Source: Squalus acanthias (taxonomy: Eukaryota). From it: 64,000 bases of DNA. Positions 1 to 13,615 of the stretch are shown piece after piece. The notes beneath the pieces were generated by a model. It was not told where the DNA came from and did no database searches. It worked only from the letters and a program-made list of their open reading frames with translations. Where the stretch lies: the NCBI GenBank assembly GCA_030390025.1, contig CM059431.1:112408001-112472000 (forward strand), read 5' to 3'. Numbering within the stretch: position 1 is the stretch's first letter; the number at the start of each line of letters is the position of its first letter. Position numbers and translations under genes: made by a program.

Positions 1-803
1 AGCATCCGCAGTATTTTGCTATCGTACATGCGATTTTCTGACGATTTAAATTAATGGTCAGAAAATTATGCACCGCATGTACCCGAATTTTCAGTATCTG
101 CTCCCAAAGGATGAGACTCCCATTGCGAATACAAATTTGGAAAACTATCTCAATATTCAACATGTATATGAACACATTTTAATATATTTCATATATCTCA
201 TTTAATTTATTTTATTTAACTTCCATTCCCTTTATTCATAAATCTCTAGCATTATATTAAAATCTTCCACTGTACAATTTCATCTTATTTTCCCATTAAT
301 TAAATTTATTTGATTTGATATTTCCAATATAGCTTTTCTCCATCACACACGTTATTTTGCATCCATGTCTTCATTTTTAACCAACGTTACATTGTCTCTC
401 ATCAACACCTAAAATATAATTGCTCAATAATACATTCTCCAGTAATCTATATGATCCTCCTTGCCTTATCAAATAACACATTAGGGATAATTTGCCTACT
501 TTGTGCAGATGATAAGGTGCCTTCCCTGCTGGCAGTGCATATCGGAAATTCAGGACATACACTGCGCATGAATTATGGACCACATCTGAATGTTGGATAT
601 GCATGACTGATAGGCTAAACTTCCCGCCATTAGTGCAGTCAGAAAACCACCGCTATTGTGTACAGATATGCACACAATCACACACACGATCATGGAATTT
701 GAACTTGAAAGTAAGACTTCTCCTCCTGTAATTCTCTGTAACAAAAATACATTTTTACTTATTCAATCGCCGTAAGTCAGTGGTTCTCATAGTATATTAC
801 AAT

Positions 804-1435
804 GGCCCGGATTATCCGGGGCCTATGACCGCTTGCTCGCTGCGTACGTGGTCGTAAGTGGCCCTCGAGTTCCAGGTTTCCACATGCGATGCGCATGCGC
901 GAAAACCCGATCTTGCGATCTGTCATCCCCAGGAAATGGACATCCGCGGGCAGAGAGTTGGGCTATTTGCCCAGCTACTGCCCAGCGAATGCCCGTGAAA
1001 CTCTTACGCCTGGTAAAAGCAGGCGTAGGGCCTTCTTTTACCAGCCTAAGGGTTTAAATAAATCTTAAAATATTTTTTTACTTATTTAAACATAAAAAAA
1101 ACCTTTAAAATTAGTTTAGGTTATTTTTAGCACCTTTAAAACGTTTAAGTTTATTTTTCAAAAAATTAAATTTTTGTTTTAATTGTTTAATTAAATTATA
1201 TTTTAATTAATTTTGAACATGTAATGATTTATTTATATTTAACTGGTGTGTAATTGTGTTTTTTGGGGAATTCCTATTCCTGCTTATGGGGATTCCGTAC
1301 GTTTTGCGTATGCGTACGCGAGGAGGCCCAGGAGCGCGAGTGTTCGAACCTCCGGGACCATCAGGTAGGTTCGTACTTTTCTTGCGGTTCAGGGGCATTC
1401 ACCTGCGGGAAGCCTCCGACCGCAAATTCAGGCCC
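804..1435. mobile_element. Probable PIF/Harbinger-type MITE (GGCCCGG-terminated family)
   Basis: Imperfect terminal inverted repeats GGCCCGGATT... / ...GCAAATTCAGGCCC, GC-rich ends around an AT-rich core; the internal segment resembles 50773-51150. TSD not clean. Confidence 0.45.
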
Positions 1436-1504
1436 GATATATATGGGAAGGTCTTCAGTTTAGTATGTAACCATCACAGCCGAATATCACACTTTGTTAC
1501 TGAT

Positions 1505-1797
1505 ACAAAACAGAAGGTTTAAAATCATTGGCAACAGATCTAGAGGGGAGATGAGGAGAAATGTTTTCACTCAGAGTAGTTGGGATCTGGGACACTATAC
1601 CTGGAAAGGTGGTGGAAGCTGATTCCATAAATAATTTTAAAAGAGAGTTGGACAGGTTCTTGAGGATGAGGAACTTACAGGATTATGGACAAAAAGCGGG
1701 GATGTGGGACTAAACACGTCTGCTCTTTCAAAGAGCCAGCACAGGCACGACAGGCTGAATGGCCTCCTTCTGTGCTGTATGTTTCTATGATTCTCTG
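1505..1797 (+). mobile_element. CR1-type LINE 3' end fragment
   Basis: Typical CR1 ORF2 end and 3' UTR (...gagccagcacaggcacgacaggctgaatggcctccttctgtgctgtatgtttctatgattct), similar to 7455-7620. Confidence 0.7.
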
Positions 1798-2940
1798 AAA
1801 AGAGAAAAAGAAAGTTAATTATTGACTTGGAGCCTGAAATTTCAGATGAATTTAACGATCTCTAACTGATTTGAGAAATTTGCAAGCAACTCCAATTACC
1901 TAAGGGGCGATTTTAACCCTACTCGCTCGGCGAAACCGCACGAATGGGCAGTTAAAATCGCCGGGGGGATTCACCCACCGACACCCGCTCTCTACCCGCG
2001 GGCTACGATTTTAACTTGCTCTTCTGAGCAGGTGAGAAGGGCACCACTGGAAACCGGTGGGGTCCTTCTTTAAATATGTAGATCGGGTTCCAATGGCGTT
2101 ATCGGCCCGACTGGTATCTTATCCGTGGGCTTGAGTTGGTTGTGGCTTTCCTGCCCGGTCAACCCAGCAGGAAAAGGAGCTGGGGCCAGAAGAGGCGCAA
2201 AGAGGTAAATTTTCTTCTCTGTCCTTGTGGGGCCCGGAGGAGGTTTAAGCCTCCCCTCGCTCTGATTACCGGTGGGCGTTCATTTGGTCTCCCTGCCACC
2301 CGACATTGAGCTCCTGCCCGCCGGCTCATTGCCCCTTCCCTCCGGTTTCGGGTGGGAAGCTGACCAGGAGAAGGCAGATATGACCCGGAAGTTACAATCT
2401 CCCGGGCCACACGCTGCCGAGGTCAGGAGGGTTTGACTTCGGACCCTACCCGCTTGATTCCTGCCCCAAGGTAAAATATGGGCTCTAGATTTCAATGGGA
2501 GTACTTGAGGAGTGGCCTTAAAGAGATAAGGCAGCTTAGCAGCTGAACATAACCATCATGGTCCGGATTACCCATGAGCAATGACGTGGGAGATCCTCTA
2601 GAATTTATAAACTGCGCTTAGTTCCTAATGCAATTATGTCCTTTCTCTGGGGCACTAAGGCAGTGCTGCCAACATTGGACAGTCACCCACAGGCCAGAGG
2701 CACAGTTTGTTCTCCCATATGGTGCCCAAAAGAATTGGTCTGATACTTACTGCACCTTTATTTTCAAGATTAGAATCCAATCAATAACAGTATCGCGCAA
2801 TGAAACAATTTAAGTAAATATTTATGTCCCATATCATTTTAATATAATTGCTATGTAATCAAAGGATTTCTGCCTCTCAAACTACAGTCTTTTCTTGATA
2901 ATTTAAAGCAATTTTTTTGCACTGGAAAAAATGAATTATC

Positions 2941-3684
2941 GGCCCGGAATTTGCGGTGGGTAATAACAGCGAACAAACAGCGTTCTCTGTTATTTCCTCT
3001 TTGAAACTGACCACAACTTCAGGATTTAGCCCATGCGCATCCTAACACGGAAATCCTGAAGTTGCGGTCAGTCATTCACTGCTCCGACAGTGTGGCCCCA
3101 CCCAATCAGTGAAAGCAGTGAAACTGACAAAAAGTTAAAAAGTTGGGCTTTTCCGCGGTAATATCACTGTTAAATACCCCATTAAATGTTAGGCCTTGTT
3201 GGATTAGGTGTAACTGGGGTTGTATCAGCGTATTGATAAACGTTATGGCCCTGAAAAACTAATCTTAATCTTGTGGAGTATCAAATTTATCCATTTTAAT
3301 AAAAATTACAAGTTTTAAGAATTTTTTTAAATACATTTTTTTAAAGTTTGTTCATATTCATTTTAGGTTTACCTTTTCTCCATGTGAGAGCCCCTATCTT
3401 TGTTTTTCTTTCTCCAACATTTTTAAAAACGTCAAAGTAAAAGCAACTTCTTCACTTCCTGGTTCTCGGTCTATGAGAATTCTGCGCGGTGATTGGCTCC
3501 TTAGACAGCTTGTTGACATCACAGCAGCTCGCGCTATGGGATTCCCACTACACTACACTGATCTCAATTGCACGTCGAAAAAGGCAAACTTCTCGCCACA
3601 GAGATCGCAAACTCTTTGTGGGCAGCTTTCTTTGAGGCCAACGGCAAGCGCCTTTGCTTCGCCGCTGACTGCAAATTCCGGGCC
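2941..3684. mobile_element. PIF/Harbinger-type MITE
   Basis: TIR GGCCCGGAATTTGC ... GCAAATTCCGGGCC, flanked by a 3-bp direct repeat ATC/ATC; a second copy lies at 55028-55800. Confidence 0.8.
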
Positions 3685-4181
3685 ATCCAGTTATTTGAAT
3701 TAAGCAATATAAATAACATAGGAAAGTAGGGATTTAATGCTTAAAAAAAAATGGAATATCAGATCTTTTGAATTAAATGCCTTGAACTAATGGGAATAGG
3801 CTATATTGTAGTATGTATTGTAGTCTTTCATTTTTTATGTATCAGTATAATTAGATCATGTCAAATTAAGGAATACTTTATGTCACTCTTTGCATTGGCT
3901 TTAATTAAAGATATAAAAAGCATTAATAAAAGCAGAAAATGCAGGAGTTACACAATATGTATGTCAGCATCTGAAAAAGAAAGAGTGAGTAGGTGTTTTA
4001 GCGATAGAACATGCCTATGTCTATAGGCATGTATGTTTATAGCCATGCATGTTATAAGAAAATTTGACCTGCTTTAAATCTTCAAGGATCCAAGTCATGA
4101 TCCAGCCTGGACTACCAGGTGAGGCCTACAACTACCATTCAGTGGTCGAACTGGTGCCAATGAGCTGTCAGGTATTTGAGA

Positions 4182-4382
4182 TGATGTGGAGATGCCGGTG
4201 TTGGACTGGGGTGGACAAATGTGAGAAGTCGCACAACACCAGGTTATAGTCCAACAGTTTTATTTGAAATCACAAGCTTTCGGAGCGCTGCTCCTTCACC
4301 TGATGAAGTAGCAGCGCTCCGAAAGCTTGTGATTTCAAATAAAACTGTTGGACTATAACCTGGTGTTGTGCGACTTCTCACA
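4182..4382. mobile_element. Short Penelope-like element insertion (inverted pLTR structure)
   Basis: Inverted arms 4220-4298 / 4304-4382, flanked by a 13-bp TSD CAGGTATTTGAGA (4169-4181, 4381-4393); same terminal sequence as the GIY-YIG-bearing element at 12715-13669. Confidence 0.8.
4296..4332 (+). ncRNA. Minimal type I hammerhead ribozyme motif (Penelope pLTR)
   Basis: TCAC-CTGATGA-A-GtAGC agc GCTCC-GAAA-GCTT-GTGA: core CUGANGA/GAAA, stem I TCAC/GTGA, palindromic AAGCTT stem III, one mismatch in stem II. Confidence 0.7.
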
Positions 4383-5479
4383 GGTATTTGAGAGGCTAGA
4401 ACATGGGAGCACCCAGCATTGGAAGTTCCTGCTCCCCTTCTTTGCAACAGGTAGAGGCTCTACTCTAACAAGGCCCTGTGCTTTTCCTAATGTAACGTCA
4501 GCACCTAACGTATCTGGGTCCCAGCCTAGATTTTGACCCTTCTAGCAGACTTCCACTGAAGCTACAGAGGAAGTATATCAGAAGGACCATAGGTATTGAG
4601 GGACCAGACGCTGTATGAGATGCTCACTATTAACTTCTGATCTTTCCAAAAGGTAGGAAAACAACACATCTTGGACTATACATTTCAGGCTAAAACTAGC
4701 AATCAATATTTTTCTATGAAATACATTTATACAGAACTAAAATAAACCATCAGATAACAGTAATACAATTTACACTGATACTTTAAACTGTTTCCAAAAC
4801 CAAAATAACAAAACGTTCAAATTCTTAGTGTGATTTTTACAGTCCTTTAACTAAGTCCTTTGATGATCTTTTACATGGAGCATGTCTTTGTACCTACAGA
4901 GTTCAGTCTCAATACTATGATCTGGAATACAGTTGAACTAATGAACTATTTTCTTTGAAGTGGCGCCCATTCTCCTTGAAGGACACCCTTTGTTCTTTCT
5001 CAGTAGGCCGCTAATTATAACATCAGTTATTTCTGTTACATAAGTAGATGGGAATTTGGCTAATAGCCCCTTGACTATCTAGAGCAACGTTTACAAGGTC
5101 AGGCCTGAAACAAAACTTGTTGGGATATCTATCTAACATAACACCTTCTTAATGGTTGTGATTGTTCACATGCAATGAGTTCCACTTCCTTGCACAGTGT
5201 CAAACTTATCTTTGTTATCATTTCACAGACCAGATTAAGCAGCAAGACAACATCTCCTGATTAGGTTTTGATTTTTGCAACAACATAAATGTAGGTTAGT
5301 TGCTTCCCTCTAATCATCTGGAGCTAGCAACTACTCCCTAGACAGTATTGTGTATTGCTTTACCCTCAGTGAGAAGGATATCTTTTCAAAGTGCAGCTCA
5401 AAGAGTTACATTTCATATGCATTGGTCTGGTGAAAATTCATACGATGAGATATAATACAGAAATATTTTATACTATGAT

Positions 5480-5950
5480 CAGCCGTGACTCAGTGGGTAG
5501 CACTCTCGCCTCTGAGTCAGAAGGTTGTGGGTTCAAGTCCCACCCCAGGGACTTGAGCACAAAAATCTAGGCTGACACTCCAGTGCAGTGCTGAGGGAGT
5601 GCTGCACTGTGGGAGGTGCCGTCTTTCAGATGAGACGTTAAACCCTGTCTGCTCTCTCAGGTGGACAGAAAAAGAATCCCATGGCACTATTTCGAAGAAG
5701 AGCAGGGGAGTTATCCCCGGTGTCCTGGCCAATATTTATCCCTCTATCAACATCACTAAATCAGATTATCTGGTCATTATCGCATTGCTGTTTGTGGGAG
5801 CTTGCTGTGTGCAAATTCACTGCCACGTTTCCTACATCACAACAGTGACTACACTTCAAAAAGTACTTCATTGGCTGTAAAGCAGTTTGGGATGTCCTGA
5901 GGTTGTGAAAGGCGCTATATAAATGCAAGCCTTTCTTTCTTTTCTTTCTT
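5480..5950 (+). mobile_element. tRNA-headed Deu-domain SINE (SacSINE1-like), full length
   Basis: A/B-box head (gtgactcagtgggtagc...ggttcaagtccc), central gaagagcaggggagttatccccggtgtcctggccaatatt, L2-like tail gaaaggcgctatataaatgcaag(ctttct)n; several copies in the window. Confidence 0.85.
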
Positions 5951-6174
5951 TGATGCTAGATGGAGTCTTGCAGCCATCACAAGGGGTAATTGTTAGTTCC
6001 ATGCCATATTATTCCACTTATGATATTCACAAAGGTGAAGGTTTCTCTTTCTAGAAGATTGTCTGCATAAGGAATCTGTATTTCTGCTGTGAGAACTAGT
6101 TAAAAATATTGGGAGAAATCCTGAAGCATAACACACAGGATAGAAAAATATGTATAGCCTCTAAAAATGCTCAA

Positions 6175-7620
6175 CTGTATATTGCATTCAATAATTGAAA
6201 ACCATGGAATTAAAGAGGTAGTGGCAGCATGGACACAAAATTGGCTATGAGACAGAAAGCAGAGAGTAGTGGTAAACGGTTGATTTTCAGACTGGAGAAA
6301 GTTATACAGTTTTGTTCCCCAGGTGTCGGTATTAGGAGCGCTGCTATTTTTAATATATATTAATGACCTAGAATTGGATATAAAGGGCATAATTTTGAAG
6401 TTTGCAGATGACACAAAACTTGGAAATATATTAAACAGTGAGGAAGATAGTAGCAGACTTCAGGAGGACACAGACAGACTGGTGAAATGGGCAGACACAT
6501 GGCAGATGAAATTTAACACCGAGAAGTGTGAAGTGATTCATTTTGGTAGGAAGAATGAGGAGAGGCAATGTAAACCAAATGGTACAATTTTAAAGGGGGT
6601 GCAGGAACAGAGAGACCTGGGGGTGTACGGACACAAGTCTTTGAAGGTGGCAGGACAAGTTGATAAGGCTGCTAAAAAAACATATGGGAATCCTTGGTTT
6701 TATAAATAGCGGCATAGAGTACAAAAGCAAGGAAGTTATTCTAAACCTATATAAATCACTGGTTAGGCCTCAGCTGGAGTATTGTGTTCAATTCTGGACA
6801 CCGCACTTTAGGAAGGATGTCAAGGCCTTGGAGAGGGTGCAGAGGAGATTTACTAGAATGTTGCCAGGGATGTGGAGAGACTGGAGAAACTGGGATTGTT
6901 CTCTTCAGAGCAGAGAAGGTTAAGGGGAGATTTAATAGAGATGTTCAAAATCATAAAGGGTTTTGATAGAGTAGATATGGAGAAACTGTTTCCAATGGCA
7001 GGAGGGTTGGTAACCAGAGGACACAGATTTAAGGTAATTGATAAAAGTACCAGGGGGGGGGGGGGAGAATTTTTTTTAACGCACCAGTTGTTGTATTCTG
7101 GAAGGCACTGCCTGAAAGGGTGGTGGAAGCAGATTCAACAGGAACTTTCAACAACAACAACTTGTATTTATATAGCGCCTTTTATGTAGTTAAATGACCC
7201 AAGGTGCTCCACAGGAGTTTTATAAGATAAAAAATTTGACACCGAGCCACATAAGAAGAAATTAGGGCAGCTGACCAAATGCTTGGTGAAAGAGGTAGGT
7301 TTTAAGGAGCGTCTCAAAGGAGGAAAGAGAGGTAGCGAGGCGGAGAGGTTTAGGCAGGGAATTCCAGAGCTTCGGGCCGAGGCAACAGAAGGCACAGCCA
7401 CCAATGGTTGAGCGATTATAATCAGGGATGCTCAAGAGGGCAGAATTTGAGGGAATTGGATAAATTTCAAAAGGGAATTGGATAAATAATTGAAAAGGAA
7501 TAAAATGCAGGACTATGGGGAAATAGCTGGGGAGTGGGACTAATTGGAGAGCTCTTTCAAAGAGCCAGCACAGGCACAATGAGCCGAATGGCCTCCCTCT
7601 GTGCTGTATGATTCTATGAA
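6175..7620 (+). mobile_element. 5'-truncated CR1 LINE (RT C-terminal half and 3' UTR), frameshifted
   Basis: ORF fragments LFLIYINDL, KFADDTKL, WQMKFNTEKC, LVRPQLEYCVQFW, RRLRGDLIE; interrupted by an L2 tail at about 7150-7455. Confidence 0.9.
7150..7455 (-). mobile_element. L2 LINE 3' tail inserted in CR1
   Basis: Minus-strand GGCAFCCLGPKLWNSLPKPLRLATSLSSFETLLKTYLF followed by the aaaggcgctatataaatacaag(ttg)n tail. Confidence 0.75.
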
Positions 7621-8399
7621 TTGTAAATTACAATTACACTTCACGATTCTGAATCAGTCCAGGCTCACACCTCATTAGTTCATGCCAACTGTGATAATAT
7701 GCATGTTAGCATCTGAAAAGAGAAAAGGTCAATTCATATGCTTTATTACACTTGACTAAGCTACAAATAGCCTCAGGAAAGTACTCATGCGGTGTTACTA
7801 TAATTCTTTTTAAAAGAGCTACTGACAAAATAGCAAACAAACCTAATGCACCTAAATTCTGGTCATTGTAAGAAAACAAGTGAAGCTTCAAGTAATTTTA
7901 ATGCATACATAATAGGGTATACAAAAAATATATAAACGTTCAAGAATTTTGCACTGTACGCAGAACTGCTTCAAGCAGAGTACTTTGTGATGTGGAATTA
8001 TACCTATTTCCATTGCAGCAGGGATTCTACAGTATTGGCGGCAAATGAATTGAGACAGCCTGTGGGCTGAAGCGTGTTTGTAGAGGTGAGCAAACAGAAA
8101 ATCAAATTGCTGGGTTGTGCCAGTCAGAAAAATGACGGGGATGCTATTTATATTTTCAGCCGCCGGTATTGCTGGAAGCTCACCAAAGCCGATGGTGTCA
8201 GTGGCAGCAGTGCCGTAGGAGCCCTCAACCAATGCTTGGTGTGTAATTGCAATGGACATGAACATCACAGAGTGCCTGCCTTTGAATTTCCCGATATGCA
8301 ATCGCCACGTACAAAAAGGTTGGTAAAGTATTGTGTGATATGCCTCATGGCCACTGTGGTCTCCAGGAACGCGTTCAGCCACCTTCAGTCACAGCCACG

Positions 8400-8800
8400 A
8401 ACTCATCCAGCTCCCGCTTGAAGACTTGTGGAGAATTGCAGTCATTGCATGAGCTGGCAACTCGTTCCAAAGGTTGATAGCCTCTGCGAAGAGAAAATCC
8501 TCCTGACATCTCATCTAGCTCTATGTTTGCATAACTTATATACACGTTAGCTGGTTAACCCTAATCTACCTAATTCAAATAGTCTGTCCACATAGACACA
8601 TTCTAGACCCTCCATTATTTTAAAGGTCTCAAATCTCCCCAAAGTCTATGCTTTTCTAGAGTAAAAAGACTCCACTCTATAAGCCTACTGTGGTAAATAA
8701 GGGCTTTTAAGCTAGGTATCAAACTAATTTCCTTCCTCTGAACCTTTTCCAAGGCCTTTATATCACCCACCATATGAGAGGACCAAAACTGGGAAAGCCC
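8400..8800 (-). mobile_element. Old CR1-like LINE 3' fragment
   Basis: Minus-strand QFWSSHMVGDIKALEKVQR...LFTLEKHRLWGDL. Confidence 0.65.
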
Positions 8801-10801
8801 TGTTGTAAAATTTCTGCGAGGCAGTGGAATTGATGAAGGATTGTAGCCTTCATTCTCCTTCACTACCCTTCACCCCTATCCTACCACAAATCATCCAGAG
8901 CACTTCCCTCTTCGCCACTGCTCCTACTGCCTCTCAACACTTCCATCCCAACAAGCATGCCTGCCAACCCACCCGGATCAGGTCATGGGAACCAGTTTAA
9001 CATTTTTGAAGCACTTCGTTTGCTTTTAGTAAGATAATAAATGTGCAGTTATATGCTTTAAAGAACTTATAGTCAGCTCCCAGTCACAGTCGAGAACAGG
9101 ACCATTCTCAGCAATACTTCTCAACCTCCTCCTCACTCCCCAGTATTCCCATACCCGTCAACCCCTCTACCCAGTGCTGTCATACCTGAAGACCGCCCTC
9201 TGCCTGGTGCCACACTTCAGCAATCCCCTCCCACCACTTCCCAAGTTCCCAAAACACCACTCGCAGTGCTCCCAGACTTCAGACCCACTCTCGCTGCTTT
9301 GAAACCCAAGGAACTACCCTCACCAATACTCCCACACCCCAACATCCCCTCCCACTTCACCCATGCCCCTACACCCCATCCCAATACTACCCAACCACAG
9401 CGTTCCCTTCCTCAGCACTTCTACATTCTTCCTACCTACTTATGGCCAGGGAGTTCGTCCCCGCCTTCTTCCTGTGAATTCTGAACTTTAAAAAGACAAA
9501 AGATTGAGTATATAGGTAAACAGACATCATAATAATTATTATTAAAACTGATTTACAATTTCCATGAAAATATGGACACAATCACATAACAAAAATACAG
9601 CTAACATTTCCAGAATACTTTGTAATAAAATGCAATTTCACTTATTCAGTCACCATAAATCAATGACCCTGATAAGATATTGCACATTATATGGCATGAA
9701 CAAATAGTTAACAAGCCCTTAATAAGTATTTTTCTTTAGTTTTTGTTATTATCCTCTCATTATTTTATCCATTGGAGAAAAGCACATGTAGATGAGAAAA
9801 TGCATTTTCTAACAAATTTATGAAAACTACTCTCATTCTTCACCAGTTTGCTTCTTTTTTTGTAACGATTTACACCAGGAGAAAAATATATCCTCTTATG
9901 CTTATCCTTAACAGCTACATTGTTCAATCTAAACAGCTCAAATGGATATTATACATAACTCGGTCATTTCAGGGCTGGCTTCTACTTTTTTCCCCTGGCT
10001 CAGACTGATTTGCAGGACTCAAAGGGCAAAAACAGGCATCGGCAGGGCAACTGTATAAGACATGGCCCTAAAATAATCTGGGGCAAAATATTGTTGCCTG
10101 TTAGTACTCCAGAACAATTTCTCTCAGTCTTCCTGTGATCCTGACAAGCACCACAGTTAGATTCACGAGCCATCTGGATGTATTTGTTATTTTCCTTTTT
10201 AAAAAATCAACAGAAGTAAGCAAACAGCACTTCACTGCACTAAAGGTTACCTCACTCAAAATGACAATTGGATGGCTTGCTATCACCTTAACATCACTTC
10301 CCACTATTCTGGTTGATGAATAAGTAATTGCAAGGCATTGAAATATTTGGAAGTAAGACAAATGATGGTACCTGCTATTTAGCAGGCATGTGTAGCACTT
10401 TAGAAAGACATTTTTTTTGTAATAAAACAGAAAAGTAAATGTACAAAGGGCCTGAGATACTTTTTACAGCATAGGTAAGTGATGTTTATTTTCATTTTAA
10501 CTGCAGTCTGGAATGTTCCTTTAACGGCAGCAAAATTTCCCAAACCTGAAGGGCCGATTTTAACTCCTGGCAGGAAACTAGCAGGGTTGGACGGGAATCC
10601 TTCCGGGAGTCTTCGTTGGAGGCTCGGAAGATTTTAACTGATTACTGCCAGTCAGCTACTCGCCCATTTCGGGCAGAAAATGGCGGTTGGCTGGTGGGGG
10701 GAGGGGGGGAGAAATGAAGATCGGGAGTCTAATCTTCCGCCAAAACGGCATTAAAATGGGGAACTAGTGGAACAGGAAAGGGAAATGGAGCCATAGAGTC
10801 A

Positions 10802-11444
10802 GGGGGAAAAATTCGGTTGCTTTGCGCCTCCTGTTAGCGCCCTAAGAGGGCGCTAACGGGGTTCAAAGCAACTAGCGCCCGGGCACGGTGCCGCCAACGT
10901 CTCCCACGAAATTCAGCAGGAGGTTAGCGGCGGCAGTAACCGTTAGTGCCCCACGGTGCTGTGCCGCCGGCGATGATGTCATCGCCGTGCGCAGCGCCCC
11001 GCTTGCCCCCAATCTTTGGTAGCGCCCCCTGACTTACCGCCAGACGCTATGTCCGACGGGGTCAGGGGGGCCTACCTGTGGCCGGGGTGGCGCTATTTAA
11101 ATGCGTGGTGCCGGGTGGCCATTTTTATTGCTGGCCACCTGCCAGCACCTGCCTCCGCTGCCGTCCCCGGCCTCCGGCTGCGCTCCACTTCTCTTGAGTG
11201 CCGGGCTCTTTTGCCGGCACTCCGATCCCAGGTGGTCCAGCTGGGCCCCGGGTTGCGCTGCGCAAGGCCCCTCGCCTTTAAGAAGGGGAGGAAGGCCTGC
11301 AAAACCGCGGCGCGACTTGCCTCTTCCCTCTTGGGGCGCTACCACTCAATTTCAGCCATGGGGGCACTAATTTTTCCGGGGCGCTAAAAGTAGCGCCCTG
11401 GCGAAGTTAGCACCCCAAAGGGGGCGCGACTCAATTTTTCCCCC
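10802..11444. mobile_element. Harbinger-type MITE (GGGGGAAAAATT family)
   Basis: TIR GGGGGAAAAATT ... AATTTTTCCCCC, GC-rich interior; related copy in opposite orientation at 36969-37863. Confidence 0.7.
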
Positions 11445-11955
11445 ATAGAGCCATAGAGTCATAACAACACAGAAGGAGGCCATTCGGCCCATCGAGTCCG
11501 TGCCGGCTCTCTGTAGAGCAATCCAGTCAGTCCCATTCCCCCGCTCTATCCCCGCAGCCCTGCAAGTTTATTTCCCTCAAGTGCCTATCCAGTCTCCCCT
11601 TGAAAACATTGAGTGTCTCCGCTTCCACCACTTCCGTCGGCAGTGAGTTCCAGGTCCTCACCACTCACTGCGTAAAATAGTTTTTCCTCCCATCTCCCCT
11701 GTATCTCTTGCCCAAAAACTTAAATCTGTGTCCCCTAGTCCTTGTACCATCAACTAGTGGGAACAGCCTTTCCCCGTCGAGCCTATTCAAACCCGTCATA
11801 ATCTTGTACACCTCTATCAAATCACCCTGCAACCTCCTTTGCTCTAATGAAAACAAATCCAGCTTTGGCAACCTGTCCTTGTAGCTAAGATTCCTCCCAT
11901 CTGGTAAATCTCCTCTGCACCCTCTCAAGTGCCTTCACATCCTTGCTAAAGCTGC
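11445..11955 (-). mobile_element. CR1 LINE 3' fragment
   Basis: LSYKDRLPKLDLFSLEQRRLQGDLIEVYKIM...TRGHRFK on the minus strand, with a (ctctatg)n-type tail. Confidence 0.8.
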
Positions 11956-12808
11956 TCCATTTTAACTGCTCCCCCGCTCCTTTTCTGCCAATTGGGGAGA
12001 GTTAAATTCCCCCTTTAGTGTCAGAAAAATCATAGAGCCTTGCAGCACAGAAGGAGGTCACTGGGCCCATTGTGTCTGTGCCGGATGTAATTACTATGTC
12101 CTAGCCTTAACCCTAAAGGTTTGAATATATCTTCACGATAGTTCTGAAAATATAATAGGAATAGCTTCATTTTATTGTGACTATGCTTTACAAATCAAGC
12201 CCTTGAGATTTAATCATACTACACACTATGAAGCATTAATTTCTCCTTGCTCTCCTAACAAGCGAATATTGTTGTTTAAATGACATACATGACCGATGGA
12301 ATTGTTAATCAGTTCTTGTCCCATCATACTTCAAGTCAAAATTATAGTGCTGTTTTGTTCTGATGTGCACTTAGCTCCAAATGGAAATTGAATTCACAAG
12401 ATCCCAAGATAATTACAAATGAGGAAGGCCAGTTGGCCCATCTTAATATATCCATCCAGAAACAACCTATACTCCCTCATTGCTGCATCTAACGGATTCT
12501 TAAATAATTCCAGGGTTTTGTGCCTCCACCACTCTGCTCGGAAGTCCATTCCAAGTGACTCTTTGCGTGAAGAAGAGTCTCCTGATATCAGTTCACTAAC
12601 TTGAACCTGTGTCTGCTTGTCCTACTTCCACGGTTTAATTTAAAGTAGCATTCTTGATTAACCTTTTCCATTATTTACTCTCTTATATATCTCTCATTTG
12701 TTTAACTCATTCTAGGTCATGATGTGGAGATGCCGGCGTTGGACTGGGGTGGACAAAAATGAGAAGTCACACAACACCAGGTTATAGTCCAACAGATTTA
12801 TTTAATTT

Positions 12809-12845
12809 TACAAGCTTTCGGAGCGGTTCGCTCCTTCCTCAGGTA
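12809..12845 (-). ncRNA. Minimal type I hammerhead ribozyme motif (left arm copy)
   Basis: Reverse complement of the motif at 13579-13615. Confidence 0.7.
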
Positions 12846-13578
12846 GGGTAGCAGTGAGAGAATCTCCCAGAATTCACAATATAAACACAGAGAAAATCTA
12901 TTCAAATCTTTCCCTACATCAAAGACACACTTAGAGCACAGCCAAGACAATGAGATGTGTCCCAGGGGGTCCAACGTGTCAAAACACCTGCTGGCTGCAT
13001 ATCCTGTCAATTTGTGTTGGTTCTTGTGTTAGTCTTTTTTAAAAAAAAACACCTGGAAAGACCGGCCATGATGTCAAGTCACGTTCTGTATCGTGACATG
13101 AACCCGATATCGCGATTGAGGCCATCCTCATGAGTGCAGAACTTGGCTATCAGTTTCTGCTCTATGATTTTGCGCTGTCGTGTATCCCGAAGGCCGCCTT
13201 GGAGAATGCTTACCCGCAGATCCAAGGCGGCCTTCGGGATACACGACAGCGCAAAATCATAGAGCAGAAACTGATAGCCAAGTTCCGCACTCATGAGGAT
13301 GGCCTCAATCGCGATATCGGGTTCATGTCACGATACAGAACGTGACTTGGCATCATGGCCGGTCTTTCCAGGTGTTTTTTTAAAAAAAAGACTAACACAA
13401 GAACCAACACAAATTGACAGGATATGCAGCCAGCAGGTGTTTTGACACGTTGGACCCCCTGGGACACATCTCATTGTCTTGGCTGTGCTCTTAGTGTGTC
13501 TTTGATGTAGGGAAAGATATGAATAGATTTTCTCTGTGTTTATATTGTGAATTCTGGGAGATTCTCTCACTGCTACCC

Positions 13579-13615
13579 TACCTGAGGAAGGAGCGAACCG
13601 CTCCGAAAGCTTGTA
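13579..13615 (+). ncRNA. Minimal type I hammerhead ribozyme motif (right arm copy)
   Basis: TAC-CTGAGGA-A-GGAGCG aac CGCTCC-GAAA-GCTT-GTA: perfect 6-bp stem II, stem I TAC/GTA. Confidence 0.75.

Noticed and set aside
5480..5552. tRNA gene
   Set aside because: tRNA-derived SINE head continuing into the SINE body; multiple diverged copies in the window.
7888..8421. 164-aa and 115-aa overlapping ORFs
   Set aside because: No recognisable domain or splice context; adjacent to the 3' end of an old CR1-like fragment.
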